A stretch of 64,000 nt of DNA, taken from contig OX597834.1 in NCBI GenBank assembly GCA_951406725.2, positions 5,146,001-5,210,000 on the forward strand, given 5' to 3'. The notes beneath the pieces are model-generated. The model was not told the origin of the DNA. It did not search any database and was given only the letters and a program-made list of their open reading frames with translations. Both the position numbers and the translations under genes were made by a program. This DNA is from Octopus vulgaris (lineage: Eukaryota). Below, piece after piece: positions 39,073 through 52,971 of the stretch (within the stretch, counting starts at the first letter, position 1; the number at the start of each line of letters is the position of its first letter).

Positions 39073-40037
39073 TAAAGAATCCATTCACTGGTAGTTCTTA
39101 TCCGTTTCATTTATTATTTAAAAATTTTTTAATATTATAAATTTTACACTTTAGTTCATAGAACTAGTTTCAACGTTAGCTAAGTAACTGATTTCCTTTA
39201 GTGTGGGGCAATCTTGGTGCTTTGACGTCAGTCTACCTACTTTAATCATTGAATTGTTTCCTCGCATTCGTTGATTTTCCGGTAAAATCCTTCGTCCGTC
39301 AATTTTTCTAGGATCATATATTTGTAGTGGTTTTTGTCCATGATGATGATTGCTCCACCTTTGTCAGCTTCTTTTATGATTATTGAGGAGTCTTTTTGTA
39401 GTTCGTTTAGTGCTAGAATTTTCTCTGTAGAGATGTTGCATTTGTGTTTCGTCTCTGCTATACTTGACTGCGCCGATCGTCGTAGATACGTTATTTACTC
39501 TTCCAGGTGTCTGTCTCTATTTAGTGGTGGTTCGACGCTCTTTTTGTTTTTCACTTGTGACCCCTCCTCATATTCTACACCCTGAAAAAATTCTCCTAGA
39601 CGTAATTTACGACAAAAATCTACTGCATGTTTTATAATATCGTCTTGATCTGCTTTCCAGGTGGGTGTGAATTTTACTCCATTTTCTAATAGTTTGATTT
39701 CCTGTTGTGTTAATTTCTTGGCCTATATGTTGCTTATTTTAAGTGTTTCCTATAGTTTTTCTTTGTCAAGGGTGGTGTTTTTCCTTTCATTTGATGGGTG
39801 GTACCTTGTCCTAAAAAAGAAATGCCATTTGGGATAGGGGTGTTTCTGTTGTGGTGGAATATTCTGTTCACTAGCATTTCATGTTGATAATTCCCCGAGT
39901 GGTAGAATTTCTTTTGGTGTCTAATGTGTGGGGTTTGGTTTTTCTGTTCTTCCGTTCGTTCTTCATATACCTATTATTTTGTCTATCATAATTATTCTTG
40001 TTTTTTTTTGTGGTAATTGTATCCAGTTCTGGTGTTT

Positions 40038-40491
40038 GTAAGCATTTATGTGTATGCATCTCTCCATTTCTTTATATATATATATACATATATACACACA
40101 TATATATGCACATGTACATGCACACACACATGTGTCATATATATATGTGTGTGTGTGTGTATGTATATGTATATGTATTTATATATCTATATTATCCGGA
40201 TTGTGTATGTGTGTGTGTATGTATATGTATATGTATTTATATATCTATATTATCGGGATTTTATATTATTAATTATCCATCACAGCTGGCCTTACCGATC
40301 GGTTTCACGCAAAAGATACAATGGAGTGTTAGGTAAGAATCCAATTACATAATTACGCTCATCAGAGGTAAACGGCATGGAAGGGAATATGGCGACTGCT
40401 CCCCACTGCCGTAGTTCGGTTAGCACCAGCGGTCGGCATCTACTGCAAAAAAAAGTGTTAGAATGTAAACTGGGCTAGGGGATTTTGCTAG
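40038..40491 (-). repeat. Second copy of the 35427-35868 pLTR plus its flanking microsatellite
   Basis: taagcattta.gtgtatgcatctctcc...gggctaggggatt.tgctagg is near-identical to 35427-35868. Confidence 0.92.
40290..40368 (-). ncRNA. Hammerhead ribozyme, canonical core, palindromic stem III
   Basis: CCU-CUGAUGA-GCGUAA...UUGCGU-GAAA-CCGAUCGG-UA-AGG. Confidence 0.78.
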
Positions 40492-40830
40492 GTCTGTGTA
40501 TAATTGTGTGGTTGAGATTCTCCAGTTTCTGGTTGAAGTTTGTTTATAGCGTGAGAATTCTTCGTTTCTTGTGTTTTTGAATTTTTCCAAGTTTGAAGGC
40601 TTCTTATGGGTTTGTTTTCTGGATTTTATTTGATCTTTTTCATAGTTCATTTCATATTCTTGAAGCCAGTGTGCTCTTGACTCCAAGATTTTCTTTGATC
40701 TTAATTCCCTTCTCGTTGTATCGGACTTCCATAGATCAAAGAGTTTTTCTCCGTCTTCTTTCGCTCCCTTCCTCTATATCATCATCACATTAAAATATAC
40801 CATTCTCATTTTCCCTCTTTTTCCCTTTCT

Positions 40831-40886
40831 GTCTCTGATGACAGAATATCCCATACACAGAGATATACCAGAAACAGCTGTAAGAC
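40831..40886 (+). ncRNA. Hammerhead ribozyme motif, canonical core
   Basis: GUCU-CUGAUGA-cagaAUAUC...GAUAUacca-GAAA-CAGCUG-UA-AGAC, 75 nt upstream of (TA)n. The base of stem II is mismatched. Confidence 0.68.
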
Positions 40887-40971
40887 TTTGAATAATAATA
40901 ATATTGTATACGACTTGAGATGTTTGCGTTGCCTTAATGTTTGTTGTTCTCTTTAACAATTATATATATAC

Positions 40972-41066
<95 letters not shown>

Positions 41067-41069
<3 letters not shown>

Positions 41070-41280
41070 CAGTGTACTGAAAAGTTCCTGCAGTTTAGGG
41101 TGTCGTGAAAGGCTTGGTTGGACGCCCAACATTCTGTGTTCTTTTGCAGGGTTTAAAAACCGAAGGACCATTGAAATAGGTATGTGAATCTGAGTGGAGG
41201 ATACATTAAATAAATCATAATTAGCTGATGCTCCTGTATTTTCTTTTACCCAAGGCCGGGAAATTTTCAGCACCACCTCA
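41067..41280 (+). mobile_element. Mariner-derived MITE in TA
   Basis: Degenerate TIRs (..GTACTGAAAAGTTCC / GGAAATTTTCAGCACCACCTC|ATA). Internal KDH*NRYVNLSGGYIK* resembles the mariner transposase C-terminus RWxKCVxxxGxYVE*. Confidence 0.8.
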
Positions 41281-41391
41281 TATATATATATATAACGGGA
41301 AGCTTTATGAAAATAAACAAAAGACGAAGGCAGGTGGAGTACAAACAAACAATTGTATTAGTATGGCGCTCAGAAATATAAATAAAACAAG

Positions 41392-41429
41392 TCTTTCACG
41401 TTTCGAGCCTACGCTCTTCAACAGAAAGA
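41392..41429 (-). ncRNA. Hammerhead-like motif (variant core, probably inactive)
   Basis: Minus strand: UCUUU-CUGUUGA-a-GAGC(guag)GCUC-GAAA-CG-UG-AAAGA, with A6->U and G at the cleavage position. Confidence 0.45.
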
Positions 41430-41479
41430 TACACTGAAAAGAACCACGGAGAGAAACAAGGAGAGAAAAACACACACAC

Positions 41480-41546
<67 letters not shown>

Positions 41547-42009
41547 GAAGCAAAAGGGATTGATAAATCCAGGCAGATACCTATAAAGCACTCAATTTGC
41601 TTAACTATATTAAACAATCTGATACCAATAAATCCATGCCGAATAAACATCCAAGATAATTCTTCATGTGTGTGCGTCTATATGTATGTGTAACTCAATG
41701 TATATTATATATGCTTATCTCGAAATCTGTATTATTTATCATTGTAAGATCATCGTTAGAATTGTTGCATTTGCTTTCTAATCATATAGAATCAAATGAC
41801 TATGCTGGAATAAATGCAATAAATGTATGCATATATATATGTGCATGCTTGTATATGTGTGTGCATGCATGCACACACATATACACTTACACAATTATGT
41901 TGGTTGTAGATATTTCAGATGTGTCACTGCATGTTTATATATGTAAATATGTCATTATATATGCACACTTCTATTTACACACTTAATACATATTTATATA
42001 TGTGTGTGT

Positions 42010-42049
<40 letters not shown>

Positions 42050-42193
42050 GGGTGTGTATGTGCATGCTTGTGTGTGTGCATGCATGAGTGTGTGTGCATT
42101 AGAGTGTGTGTATGTGTATATACATATGTGTGTGTGTGTATGTATATATATATGTAAATATATATGTACAAATATATATATAATATATATATA

Positions 42194-42227
<34 letters not shown>

Positions 42228-42234
42228 AATACAT

Positions 42235-42283
<49 letters not shown>

Positions 42284-42483
42284 CATATATGCGTACACAT
42301 ACAAGCTCACATATATTTTATCAATGTTCACTGCAGGATGATTGCAGGATGTATTTCCCCTGTTGAGACTGTTAATAAAAGTATTAATTTGTGCTTAGGA
42401 AATTACAGAAACCAGATTTTTCTTTTTGATTAAGGTTTTCTACCCATCTACATTTATATATAATCTATCTATCTTTCTCTGTG

Positions 42484-42531
<48 letters not shown>

Positions 42532-42918
42532 AATTTAGCTTTCTTTCTGTATACATATATGTACATACACATGTGCGCACACATAAATGCATGCACTCAA
42601 ACACACAGAAACAAATATATATGCATATATGTATGCATTAATGTGTATAACGTCTTTCAAAATCAAAGTGTGATTATTCTATGATACCTGTGAAATCTTT
42701 AAGCACTGATGCAATCAAATATCTTAGAAACTCCACTCTCTGATCTATTGTTCAGCTCCTATTTATACAGCACATTTTAATCTGCTTGCAAGCTACTTTT
42801 ATTCAATGGCGTTTTCATGCTTTATACTCTGCTATGAAATCATATTTTGTTTGGCACCGTGATACAATGTAAAGCTCTTAATTATAAATAATTAGTAAAC
42901 CAGCATCCATACCGAATT

Positions 42919-43472
<554 letters not shown>

Positions 43473-44117
43473 ATTTTGTTTATTGTTTTCCTTTCTTTTC
43501 TTTTGGTGGATGTTTTGTTTATTGATGTTGGAGCATGTGATGTGATTCAAGCTTTTCAATCAGTGAATGGTGGACATTTAAGAGAGCATATTTTTGAATA
43601 CCGTGATAAAGATATTACTTTTGTTTATTTTGATCTCACAATTCTATGTTTACAAGTACCGTGAAAGACACACCATAACATCTTGACTCTCCTATCTAGG
43701 AAGACAGGTGAGGGTTTCTTCAAAATTTTTTTTGTTTTGAGCGACCTGTACCCATGGTTCGTTTATAGTGATCTAATGTTTGGGCTGTACATTAGCTCAC
43801 TTTCTTCCTCAGATTCCCATTGCCGGCACAGCTGAATGGTATACCACATGTTGCATGTCAAAGTTATCACAGAGCCATGAGCAATGAAGTGTTTTTCTCA
43901 AGAACTCAATACATCACCCAAACCAAGATTTGAAACCACAATCATGAGTGCAGCCTCTTAATCACCACGCCATGTGGCTTCATATACATACATGCATACA
44001 TACAAACATACATACATGTGTGTATGCACATATTTACATATATATGCATATGTATATATTCATACACACACACACACACACACACATACATATATATATA
44101 TGCTCACTAACATACAC

Positions 44118-44268
<151 letters not shown>

Positions 44269-45405
44269 GTGCGTGTGATAGGAAAGACAAACAGAGGAAA
44301 TATTTGTGGGGCAGTTGTCAGAGTATATTTGATGTATGAAAATAAGGAAATATACTTTTTTGTTGATTTCAATATAAATATAAAGGACTATTTCCATATA
44401 GAGCCATTAGATGTAATCTGTGAGAAAATAAACGACGTTAAATGTATTTTAAATATATGGGGATTAAATATTTTGAGAAAAGCAATCATGAGAATGGCCC
44501 TAATATATTACACATTGCTCTCCTTACTCTAGAAAATCTTTAATTTGATATTTGAGACAATATTTTATATTTTCTGACCTCTTTCACCTTGTCTTCAAAA
44601 ATGAAGCAAAAATAACGTTTATATAAGCCATGTTCATTATTTCATCTTCTGATTATCTTTAAGTTCGTTATGTATCAGTGATGTATTGAATAGAATTTTT
44701 TATACAAACCTTAGTTCAGAAATAAAGACTTTTAGAATCTAATCTGGTATATAGAATATATTACTGTGAAAAAAAGTTTTAAGACTGATTGATCTGTAGA
44801 GTAAAGGAAATATTAAAATGTTTTTATATTTAAATATGTTAGTATTTTGAAAAATTAGAATCATATTAAATCTAACACACCTCACAAACTTTGATAGGTA
44901 ATTCATGCTTCAAAATTAGTTTTACCTTTTGTCAATAGCTGTTGCTTTTCTCTGATACACCATGTAATATGAATTATCTTAGATTCACGCTTATAAATAG
45001 CAAGTACAAGAGATAAAAGCTAGATTTCAGCTAATTAATTTCACTTATGGTTCTAATGTTTTCTACAAAATTTTGTGGTAACACCATATCTTTGTCATTC
45101 TTGTAGACTTGCAATATTTTATTTGACAACAAAAACATTATGCAAGTCATAAAAATTTAAAAAATTAATAAAGAAATGACAAAATAAAATATACAAGCAA
45201 AGCGATGACAACATCAGTTGCCATGGAATTGCTTATCTGAGACTACACTTGCCAAGGATCCAACAGAGTGAACCTAATCCCAACACAGTGTGGCTGCAAA
45301 GCAATCTTTCCAACCACACAGCAAAGTAATCAGGTATTGATTTCACGTGTGTATCACGATGAATTGAGAGACAGCAATTACCTTTGCAATTAGAAGATCA
45401 AATTA

Positions 45406-45456
45406 CAAGCTGTCTGTTTACCTGTCTGTCTCACTTTCTTCATTTCCCCCTCCCTC

Positions 45457-45488
<32 letters not shown>

Positions 45489-45608
45489 CACATAAATATG
45501 TATATATACATATTTATATGCATGTGTGTGCGTGTGTGTGAGTGAAAGAGAGCGAGAAAGATGGAGAGAAAAGGAGAAAGTGACAGAAACAGGTAAATAG
45601 ACAGCTTG
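45406..45608. repeat. Imperfect palindromic element (MITE-like) with a mirrored microsatellite centre
   Basis: caagctgtctgtttacctgtctgtctcactttc versus gaaagtgacagaaacaggtaaatagacagcttg; (CT)n(CA)n...(TG)n(GA)n inside. Confidence 0.7.
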
Positions 45609-45649
45609 AGATAGTATTAATATAAGATAGTATTAATATATGTATATAG

Positions 45650-45680
<31 letters not shown>

Positions 45681-45821
45681 GTAGACTCACATATAATGCA
45701 CGTATTCATATATTAGCTCAGAGCAAACAGAATTTCACTTTGAAAAAAAATCTGAGAAAATTTTCATTTCCTATGAATATATTCTAGAGATCTGATTCGG
45801 TCTTTTAGTGATTTTGTGAAG

Positions 45822-45822
45822 T

Positions 45823-45856
<34 letters not shown>

Positions 45857-45918
45857 AACAGATTTCTTTATGATACTCCTTTGTAATAATAATAAGGATA
45901 ATAGTAATAATAATAATA

Positions 45919-45955
<37 letters not shown>

Positions 45956-45960
45956 GGATA

Positions 45961-45998
<38 letters not shown>

Positions 45999-46006
45999 TA
46001 ATAAAA

Positions 46007-46082
<76 letters not shown>

Positions 46083-46087
46083 GGATA

Positions 46088-46122
<35 letters not shown>

Positions 46123-46130
46123 TAATAATG

Positions 46131-46164
<34 letters not shown>

Positions 46165-46226
46165 GGATGATAATGATGATGATGATGATGACGATGATGG
46201 TGAGGATGATGATGATGATGATGATG

Positions 46227-46281
<55 letters not shown>

Positions 46282-46420
46282 GAAGAAGAAGAAGCAGAAG
46301 AAGAAGGAGAAGAAGAAGAACAACAACAACAATGATAAAAGCAACAACAGTAATAATAAATACAAGAAGCAGAAAAAAAAGGAGTAGAAGAAGAAGAAAA
46401 AGAGGAAGAAGAAGGAGGAG
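45822..46420. repeat. Compound (GAT)/(AAT)/(GAA) microsatellite
   Basis: Directly visible. Confidence 0.98.
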
Positions 46421-46879
46421 GGGGAGATTCAACATCAAGGACTATCATTATCATCAACTTTATTGTTACAATTTTATTCTTTTTTCAGTAAAACGATTCA
46501 AAAATGATCCCATGCCTTCCTCCTCCTCCTCCTCCTTCTTCTCATTGTCCTCAACATCGAACCTACCATCACCAATAACAACAACACCATTGTCATCATC
46601 ATCACCATTCCCTAGCAACAAACTCAAGTATGTTTATTCACTAATGGTGTGCAAATATTTTCTGTTGAAATATTTGACTTAATTCATATTCGTAAATATG
46701 TATATATGTATATATATATATATATATATATTTACATACATAATATATATACATACAAACATACATATGTACACATATATATGTACACGCACACATACAT
46801 CCACACATATATGAGTGTGTGTCTGTATATATACATATCATCCTCATTTCATCACTATCGAATTCATTGTTTAACATCT

Positions 46880-46927
<48 letters not shown>

Positions 46928-46991
46928 TATATACATACATACATACATATATATATATACATATGTATATATATGCATGTGTGTGTATATA

Positions 46992-47032
<41 letters not shown>

Positions 47033-47060
47033 GTATGCTTGTGTGAATATATATATATAT

Positions 47061-47471
47061 GAGTGGCTGTGTGGTAAGTAGCTTGCTAACCAACCACATG
47101 GTTCCGGGTTCAGTCCCACTGCGTGGCATCTTGGGCAAGTGTCTTCTGCTATAGCCCCGGGCCGACCAATGCCTTGTGAGTGGATTTGGTACACGGAAAC
47201 TGAAAGAAGCCTGTCGTATATATGTATATATATATATATGTGTTTGTTTGTGTGTCTGTGTTTGTTCCCCTAGCATTGCTTGACAACCGATGCTGGTGTG
47301 TTTACGTCCCCGTCACTTAGCGGTTCGGCAAAAAAGAGACCGATAGAATAAGTACTGGGCTTACAAAGAATAAGTCCCGGGGTCGAGTTGCTCGATTAAA
47401 GGCGGTGCTCCAGCATGGCCGCAGTCAAAGGACTGAAACAAGTAAAAGAGAAAAGAGAAAGAGAAAAAGAG
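47061..47471 (+). mobile_element. SINE family A
   Basis: Aligns to family A. Tail AAAAGAG repeats. Confidence 0.93.
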
Positions 47472-47483
47472 AAATATATATGC

Positions 47484-47521
<38 letters not shown>

Positions 47522-47538
47522 ACACACAGATATATAAC

Positions 47539-47600
<62 letters not shown>

Positions 47601-47899
47601 TATATATACATATACATATATAAAGCGACATTATGAGTGATGAGTATTAACCAAAAAACACTCAGCTACCAAAATAACAGAACAAAGTAGAATATTTAGC
47701 TTAGGGCAAATTTGAGTCCATTATGGTTCCTAGATTATACTATGAGAGAGAGAAATATTCGCTAAACAATCTCTGCTTCATTATTTGTTTGTCTCTTTAA
47801 CAATTTTTCTTGCATTTGTTAAAGTCAGATCACTGCTCGAATAAATATGTTCGAGTGATAAAATAGTCTACCAGACTTGTAGAAGGATTTCAATATACA

Positions 47900-47952
47900 T
47901 TTGCAATGCATGTATACATAAACTGTATATACATATATGTATGTGTGTCTAC

Positions 47953-48006
<54 letters not shown>

Positions 48007-48272
48007 AATATATATATATATATATATAAAGAGAGAGAGAGATTAGTAGATAGATATATACACATACATATATTAATATACATATATATGTATATATATA
48101 CATATACGTGCACATGCATATTATATATATATATATATACGTATATATACATACATACATATATTTATGTGTGTATATATATACATAATTACATGTATGT
48201 TCACATAAATGCAGATGCACCTGTAATTTATTTGCTTCAATGTACTTACTAACATTTGGATATCATATATGC

Positions 48273-48309
<37 letters not shown>

Positions 48310-48680
48310 TTCATAAATGTATATATATAAGTATACATATATATATGTAAATACATACATATGTATATCGATATACATATATATATGCACATATATATTT
48401 ATTTATATATATATATATATACATGTATGTATATGTGTATATATATATATGTAAGTATATATATGTATATATATATATATATATATACGTGTGCATGTGC
48501 ATGCATACATACACATATATATATATACACGTACATAGATGTATATGTACGTTTGTATATATATATACACACACACATATATATATATATACATATATAT
48601 ATGCATACACACATGCATAAATACATACATACATACATACATCCTTGTCTACATAGAAACACACATATAATTATATGTAA
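47900..48680. repeat. Degenerate (TA/CA/TG) low-complexity tract
   Basis: Directly visible. Confidence 0.95.
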
Positions 48681-49071
48681 TTTCAATTATATTTTTTTTT
48701 TCAATTTCATTATGATGTGTTTTTCTTTGTTTCTGGTTAAGATGTGAAATTGAAACTTAAGATATAAAATAGTTTGATATTTTACTGCACTAAAAATTTC
48801 AACATTTTAACCTTGATATTATTATGTTTTATATATTTTATCTGTCATAAATTCTTATATGTCTTTTATGATCATAATGAACACAGAAAAAAAAAAACAA
48901 AATGGAGGGAAATGAATACATCAGTGCGTTGAAATAAATGGGTACATATTTAGGTATTTCAACTTGTATATGTGTGTATGTGCGTATTTATATTTATATA
49001 CATATATGTATATATATATATATATATGTGTATATATATATATATATATATCATATTCACACACACTCAAC

Positions 49072-49102
<31 letters not shown>

Positions 49103-49131
49103 TATACGCATGTATATGTATGGATGTATAC

Positions 49132-49270
49132 CTTACTCAGAACCAGGTATGGCTTTATCTATGTCTACTTCATTACATTTCATGACATTTTGTCAGATTC
49201 ATATATACATAATGTCTATACATACTTATATATATACCTATGTATATACATCTATATATATATATGTGCA

Positions 49271-49317
<47 letters not shown>

Positions 49318-49444
49318 GTATATATATATATATATGTATACATATATATATGTATATATGTATGTATATATATACATGTATATATATGTATATATATATA
49401 TATGTATATATATATGTATATATATATATGTATATATATATATG

Positions 49445-49508
<64 letters not shown>

Positions 49509-49607
49509 CACACACTTATATGTATGTGCACCTATAATTACAAGTATGTTCGTTCGTGGATACACAGACATATATTCAGATATATATATTTATTTGCATA
49601 TACATAC

Positions 49608-49643
<36 letters not shown>

Positions 49644-49795
49644 TTGTGTGCGTATGTATTTGTATAAAAGTATTATTTATATCTACTCTAATTGTATTTA
49701 TTATTAATACATACATGTGTATATTTATCTATATGCATTAATAATTTATATACGCCTCTGCTTATAGAAAATATACGACGTCTTTTTCGTATACT
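49132..49795 (+). repeat. Local duplication, copy 1 (copy 2 at 51281-51703)
   Basis: cttactcagaaccaggtatggc...cgcctctgcttatagaaaatatacg is near-identical. The copies differ mainly in microsatellite length. Confidence 0.92.
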
Positions 49796-49969
49796 TTGTA
49801 CAGTGAATGTATCTTGCAAAAGTAGTGTTTGTCCATTTGTTGCGACAATTCTCCTTGACTTTCATGATATTCACGTGATGGAAATCAGCTTTTACTTCTT
49901 CATTATTCTTCCTTGTCTATTTGTTCTTTAACCCTTATTATTCTGATATCCCATTGTCTAAATGCAGTC

Positions 49970-50170
49970 AACTGGCAGAATTGTTAACAGGTCGAGCAAA
50001 ATGCTAATTTCGTCTGTCTTTATGTTCCAAATTCAAATTCTGCCGGAGTCAACTTTGCTTTACATCTTTTTGGGGTCGATAAAATAGCTACCTGTTGAGT
50101 ACCAGGTTTGATATAATCAACTTCTCCTCCCCCAAATTACTGGCCTCGCACCAAAATTTGAAACTGATAT
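49970..50170 (+). mobile_element. Old SINE related to family B
   Basis: ctggcagaattgtta...ttcaaattctgccggagtcaactttgc...ggggtcgataaaata. Confidence 0.7.
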
Positions 50171-50384
50171 TTCTCTATAAAACATTTACCCTTTATACTC
50201 AACACATCTGTACCAGTAGAATTTCTTACCTTGTACCCTTCATCTGGTTCTTCTCATACCAAGTCTTCTCCCATACTCATTTGTGCTTTATCTTTCATAC
50301 ACACAAAATTTGCAGCATGTTCCCTTTATTTTCTTTTCAAGCTTTTAATCCACCTTCCTATACAATACTAATGTTTCATTGGAA

Positions 50385-50629
50385 TCCGTGCTGGTGACAT
50401 GTAAAGGGCACCTTGCCATAAAATGGCACCTGTGCTAGTGACAGGAATGGCGTTAGGAATGGCATCCAAATGTTTTGAAAAGAACCAGGTGAAGTGTACA
50501 ATGGCATCCAAATGTAGAGACCAAACCAAAACAGAGTGGAGCCTGGTGCAACTTTCCAGTTTATCATGTCCAGTCAATCCTTCTAACCCATACCAATCTG
50601 GAAAACAGACGTTAAATGATGACGATGAG
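50385..50629 (+). mobile_element. Old SINE 3' portion with RTE-type motif and (GAT)n tail
   Basis: tgctggtgacatgtaaagggcacc...ggcgttaggaatggcatcca...aacccatacca..tggaaaacagacgttaaatgatgacgatga. Confidence 0.55.
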
Positions 50630-50648
50630 TAAATTTCTAACACAAGTC

Positions 50649-50713
50649 AGCGGTGGTGCCCCAGCAGGGCCGCGGCCTTCGGGCTAAAACATTTTAAAGG
50701 ATTTTAAGGATTT
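50649..50713 (+). mobile_element. Short retroposon 3' tail related to the SINE A tail, 5-bp TSD
   Basis: gcggtggtgccccagcagggccgcggccttcgggctaaaaca + (ttttaagga)n, flanked by aagtc on both sides. Confidence 0.6.
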
Positions 50714-51050
50714 AAGTCCCATATAAACAATCTACCCCATACTTGAGAAAATCCAGTTTCTTCAGCTTTTACCGTTGCATTACTCTGACTATTATATTTT
50801 TTGTGTACCTGCATCCACTGCTAATTTGATTACCTAGGAAACAGAGGATGTCAACTAAATTAATAGAAAAAAATTTAAAGAATTCATCTTACAGGTTTTT
50901 CCTGCTGATAAAAACATCGGTGCATCTACTACATATAATTTCTTTCACTGTATCGATTGTGCGCTCATATTTTACATTGTGTACATAGAACAGATTCTCA
51001 ACCTGAAATATTTCTGCTTTCTTGTAATGGCTATAATCAATATTTTAGCC

Positions 51051-51144
51051 TTTACTCTTTTACTTGTTTCATTCATTAGACAATGGCAATGCTTGGGCAC
51101 TGCATTGAAGAATTTTTAGTCAAATGAATTGACCCTAATACTTA
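51051..51144 (-). mobile_element. SINE family A 3' fragment (old)
   Basis: tttactcttttacttgtttc... Confidence 0.7.
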
Positions 51145-51280
51145 TGGAAACAGCCTACATAAACTACTGAAGGACTTTAGCTAAGCTTCCTGGCCTTTCG
51201 AACTAAATAGAACTAAGTTCTTCGATGGTACACTAGATTTAGGCAGTCCCTATTACAAGTCCTGTCACATATCCAAGATA

Positions 51281-51502
51281 CTTACTCAGAACCAGGTATG
51301 GCTTTATCTATGTCTACTTCATTACATTTCATGACATTTTGTCAGATTCATATATACATATATGTCTATACATACTTATATATATACCTATGTATGTATA
51401 TCCATATATATATATACTCACACATATGTATGTGCACCTATAATTACAAGTATGTTCGTTCGTGGATACACAGACATATATTCAGATATATATATTTCTT
51501 TG

Positions 51503-51543
<41 letters not shown>

Positions 51544-51703
51544 GTGTGTGGGTGTGTGTATGTATTTGTATAAAAGTATTATTTATATCTACTCTAATTG
51601 TATTTATTATTAATACATACGTGTGTATATTTATCTATATGCATTAATAATTTATATACGCCTCTGCTTATAGAAAATATACGTCGTTTTTTTTCCTATA
51701 CTT
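51281..51703 (+). repeat. Local duplication, copy 2
   Basis: Aligns to 49132-49795. Confidence 0.92.
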
Positions 51704-51828
51704 AAAAGAACGTTTGGTCCTGCCATCCGGCTTCGGTTTTTATGTACTGAATCAATAGAGTGAGTAGAAGGATCTCAACTCTCTACTCTAGAATGAGAAT
51801 AATTCATTATTACAACAATGCTCTATAG

Positions 51829-52075
51829 CAGTGTTTCTCAACCATTTTTTGCCTATAGACCCCTGTTTTGCTCGGGTGGACTCTCCTAGCCATTCGATGT
51901 TTTAAAATATCTTATTGTAGTTTTATTGTTAAATTTTATTAGCAGTTGTATTAAAAAAATGGTTAAACTATTTTATGCAATATAGAAATATAACCAATTT
52001 ATTGGACATAAAGCTTAACAACAAAACCTTTTACGGAGCCTCAATGGTTATATGAACCCAGCTAGAAAACCACAA
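51829..52075. mobile_element. hAT (Charlie-like) MITE
   Basis: Left end CAGTGTTTCTCAACC, degenerate right end cagctagaaaaccacaa, 8-bp TSD-like ctctatag/ctctaaaa (Charlie NTCTAGAN preference). Confidence 0.6.
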
Positions 52076-52108
52076 CTCTAAAAAGAAACCTAGGTATAAA
52101 TTTATTAG

Positions 52109-52342
52109 GGCGGTTAGCTGGCAGAAACGTTAGCAGGCCGAGCGAAATGCCTAGCGGTATTTCGTCTGCCGTTACGATCTGAGTTCAAATTCCGCCGAGG
52201 TCGACTTTGCCTTTCATCATTTCGGGGTCGATAAATAGAGTACCAGTTTCGCACTGGGGTCGATATAATCGAATTAATCCGTTTGTCTGTCCTTGTTTGT
52301 CCTCTCTGTGTTTAGCCCCTTGTGGGTAGTAAAGAAATAGGT
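52109..52342 (+). mobile_element. SINE family B monomer with 15-bp TSD
   Basis: taggtataaatttat at 52091-52105 and 52338-52352. Confidence 0.93.
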
Positions 52343-52399
52343 ATAAATTTATGAATTGTCAAAGAGTCCTGTCTTGTATGTTATTTACACTGTCACCTT

Positions 52400-52900
52400 C
52401 GTTGTGTGTTTTGGCCATAAAAATTATCATAGTCAACATCACCATCATTTTTCTGAAAACTTCGTCTCTTTGCTTTCAAGTGCTGTCACTCCAGTCTATT
52501 AGTGTTCTGTTGTCTTCTTCATGCCGTGTAACATACGTATTTATGTAATCCTGCTTGCTTCATTTCTCCGAAACATCTGAAATATTGCACGTTCGGTGCA
52601 TTGTGTTCCAACCTCGCAGCATGGTGCTAATGATGTATGATTCATATAATTTTTTTCTTTGTGCAGAGAGCAGTCAACTGAGATATTTATTCCTTCCATG
52701 TTCTACATTCTTGCTGGATTTCTCCGGGAACATTTTTAAATAATTAATTCACCTACATTGCCGAAAATGTCAGTGAAGTATAGGGAATCAATGATGGTGT
52801 TCATGCATTCCATATCAAGAATGTTTAACCGTGAACTACTTCTGAACACACACATTACATCTCAACTGTCGATCTGTTAGGTCTCACTGGATATTTTCTG
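52400..52900 (-). mobile_element. Possible degraded RTE-like RT fragment
   Basis: Minus-strand ...TALESKETKFSEK resembles WxxALExKGLKxNxxKT. Confidence 0.3.
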
Positions 52901-52910
52901 CAACCTTTTG

Positions 52911-52971
<61 letters not shown>

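Larger units (their letters stand above)
39150..40770 (-). mobile_element. Penelope-like element ORF N-terminal region (DKG motif), degraded
   Basis: Minus-strand translation LTQQEIKLLENGVKFTPT...DFCRKLRLGEFF...ALNELQKDSSIIIKEADKGGAIIIMD...LKEISYLANVET ends just before the expected FYGLPKxHK. Confidence 0.85.
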
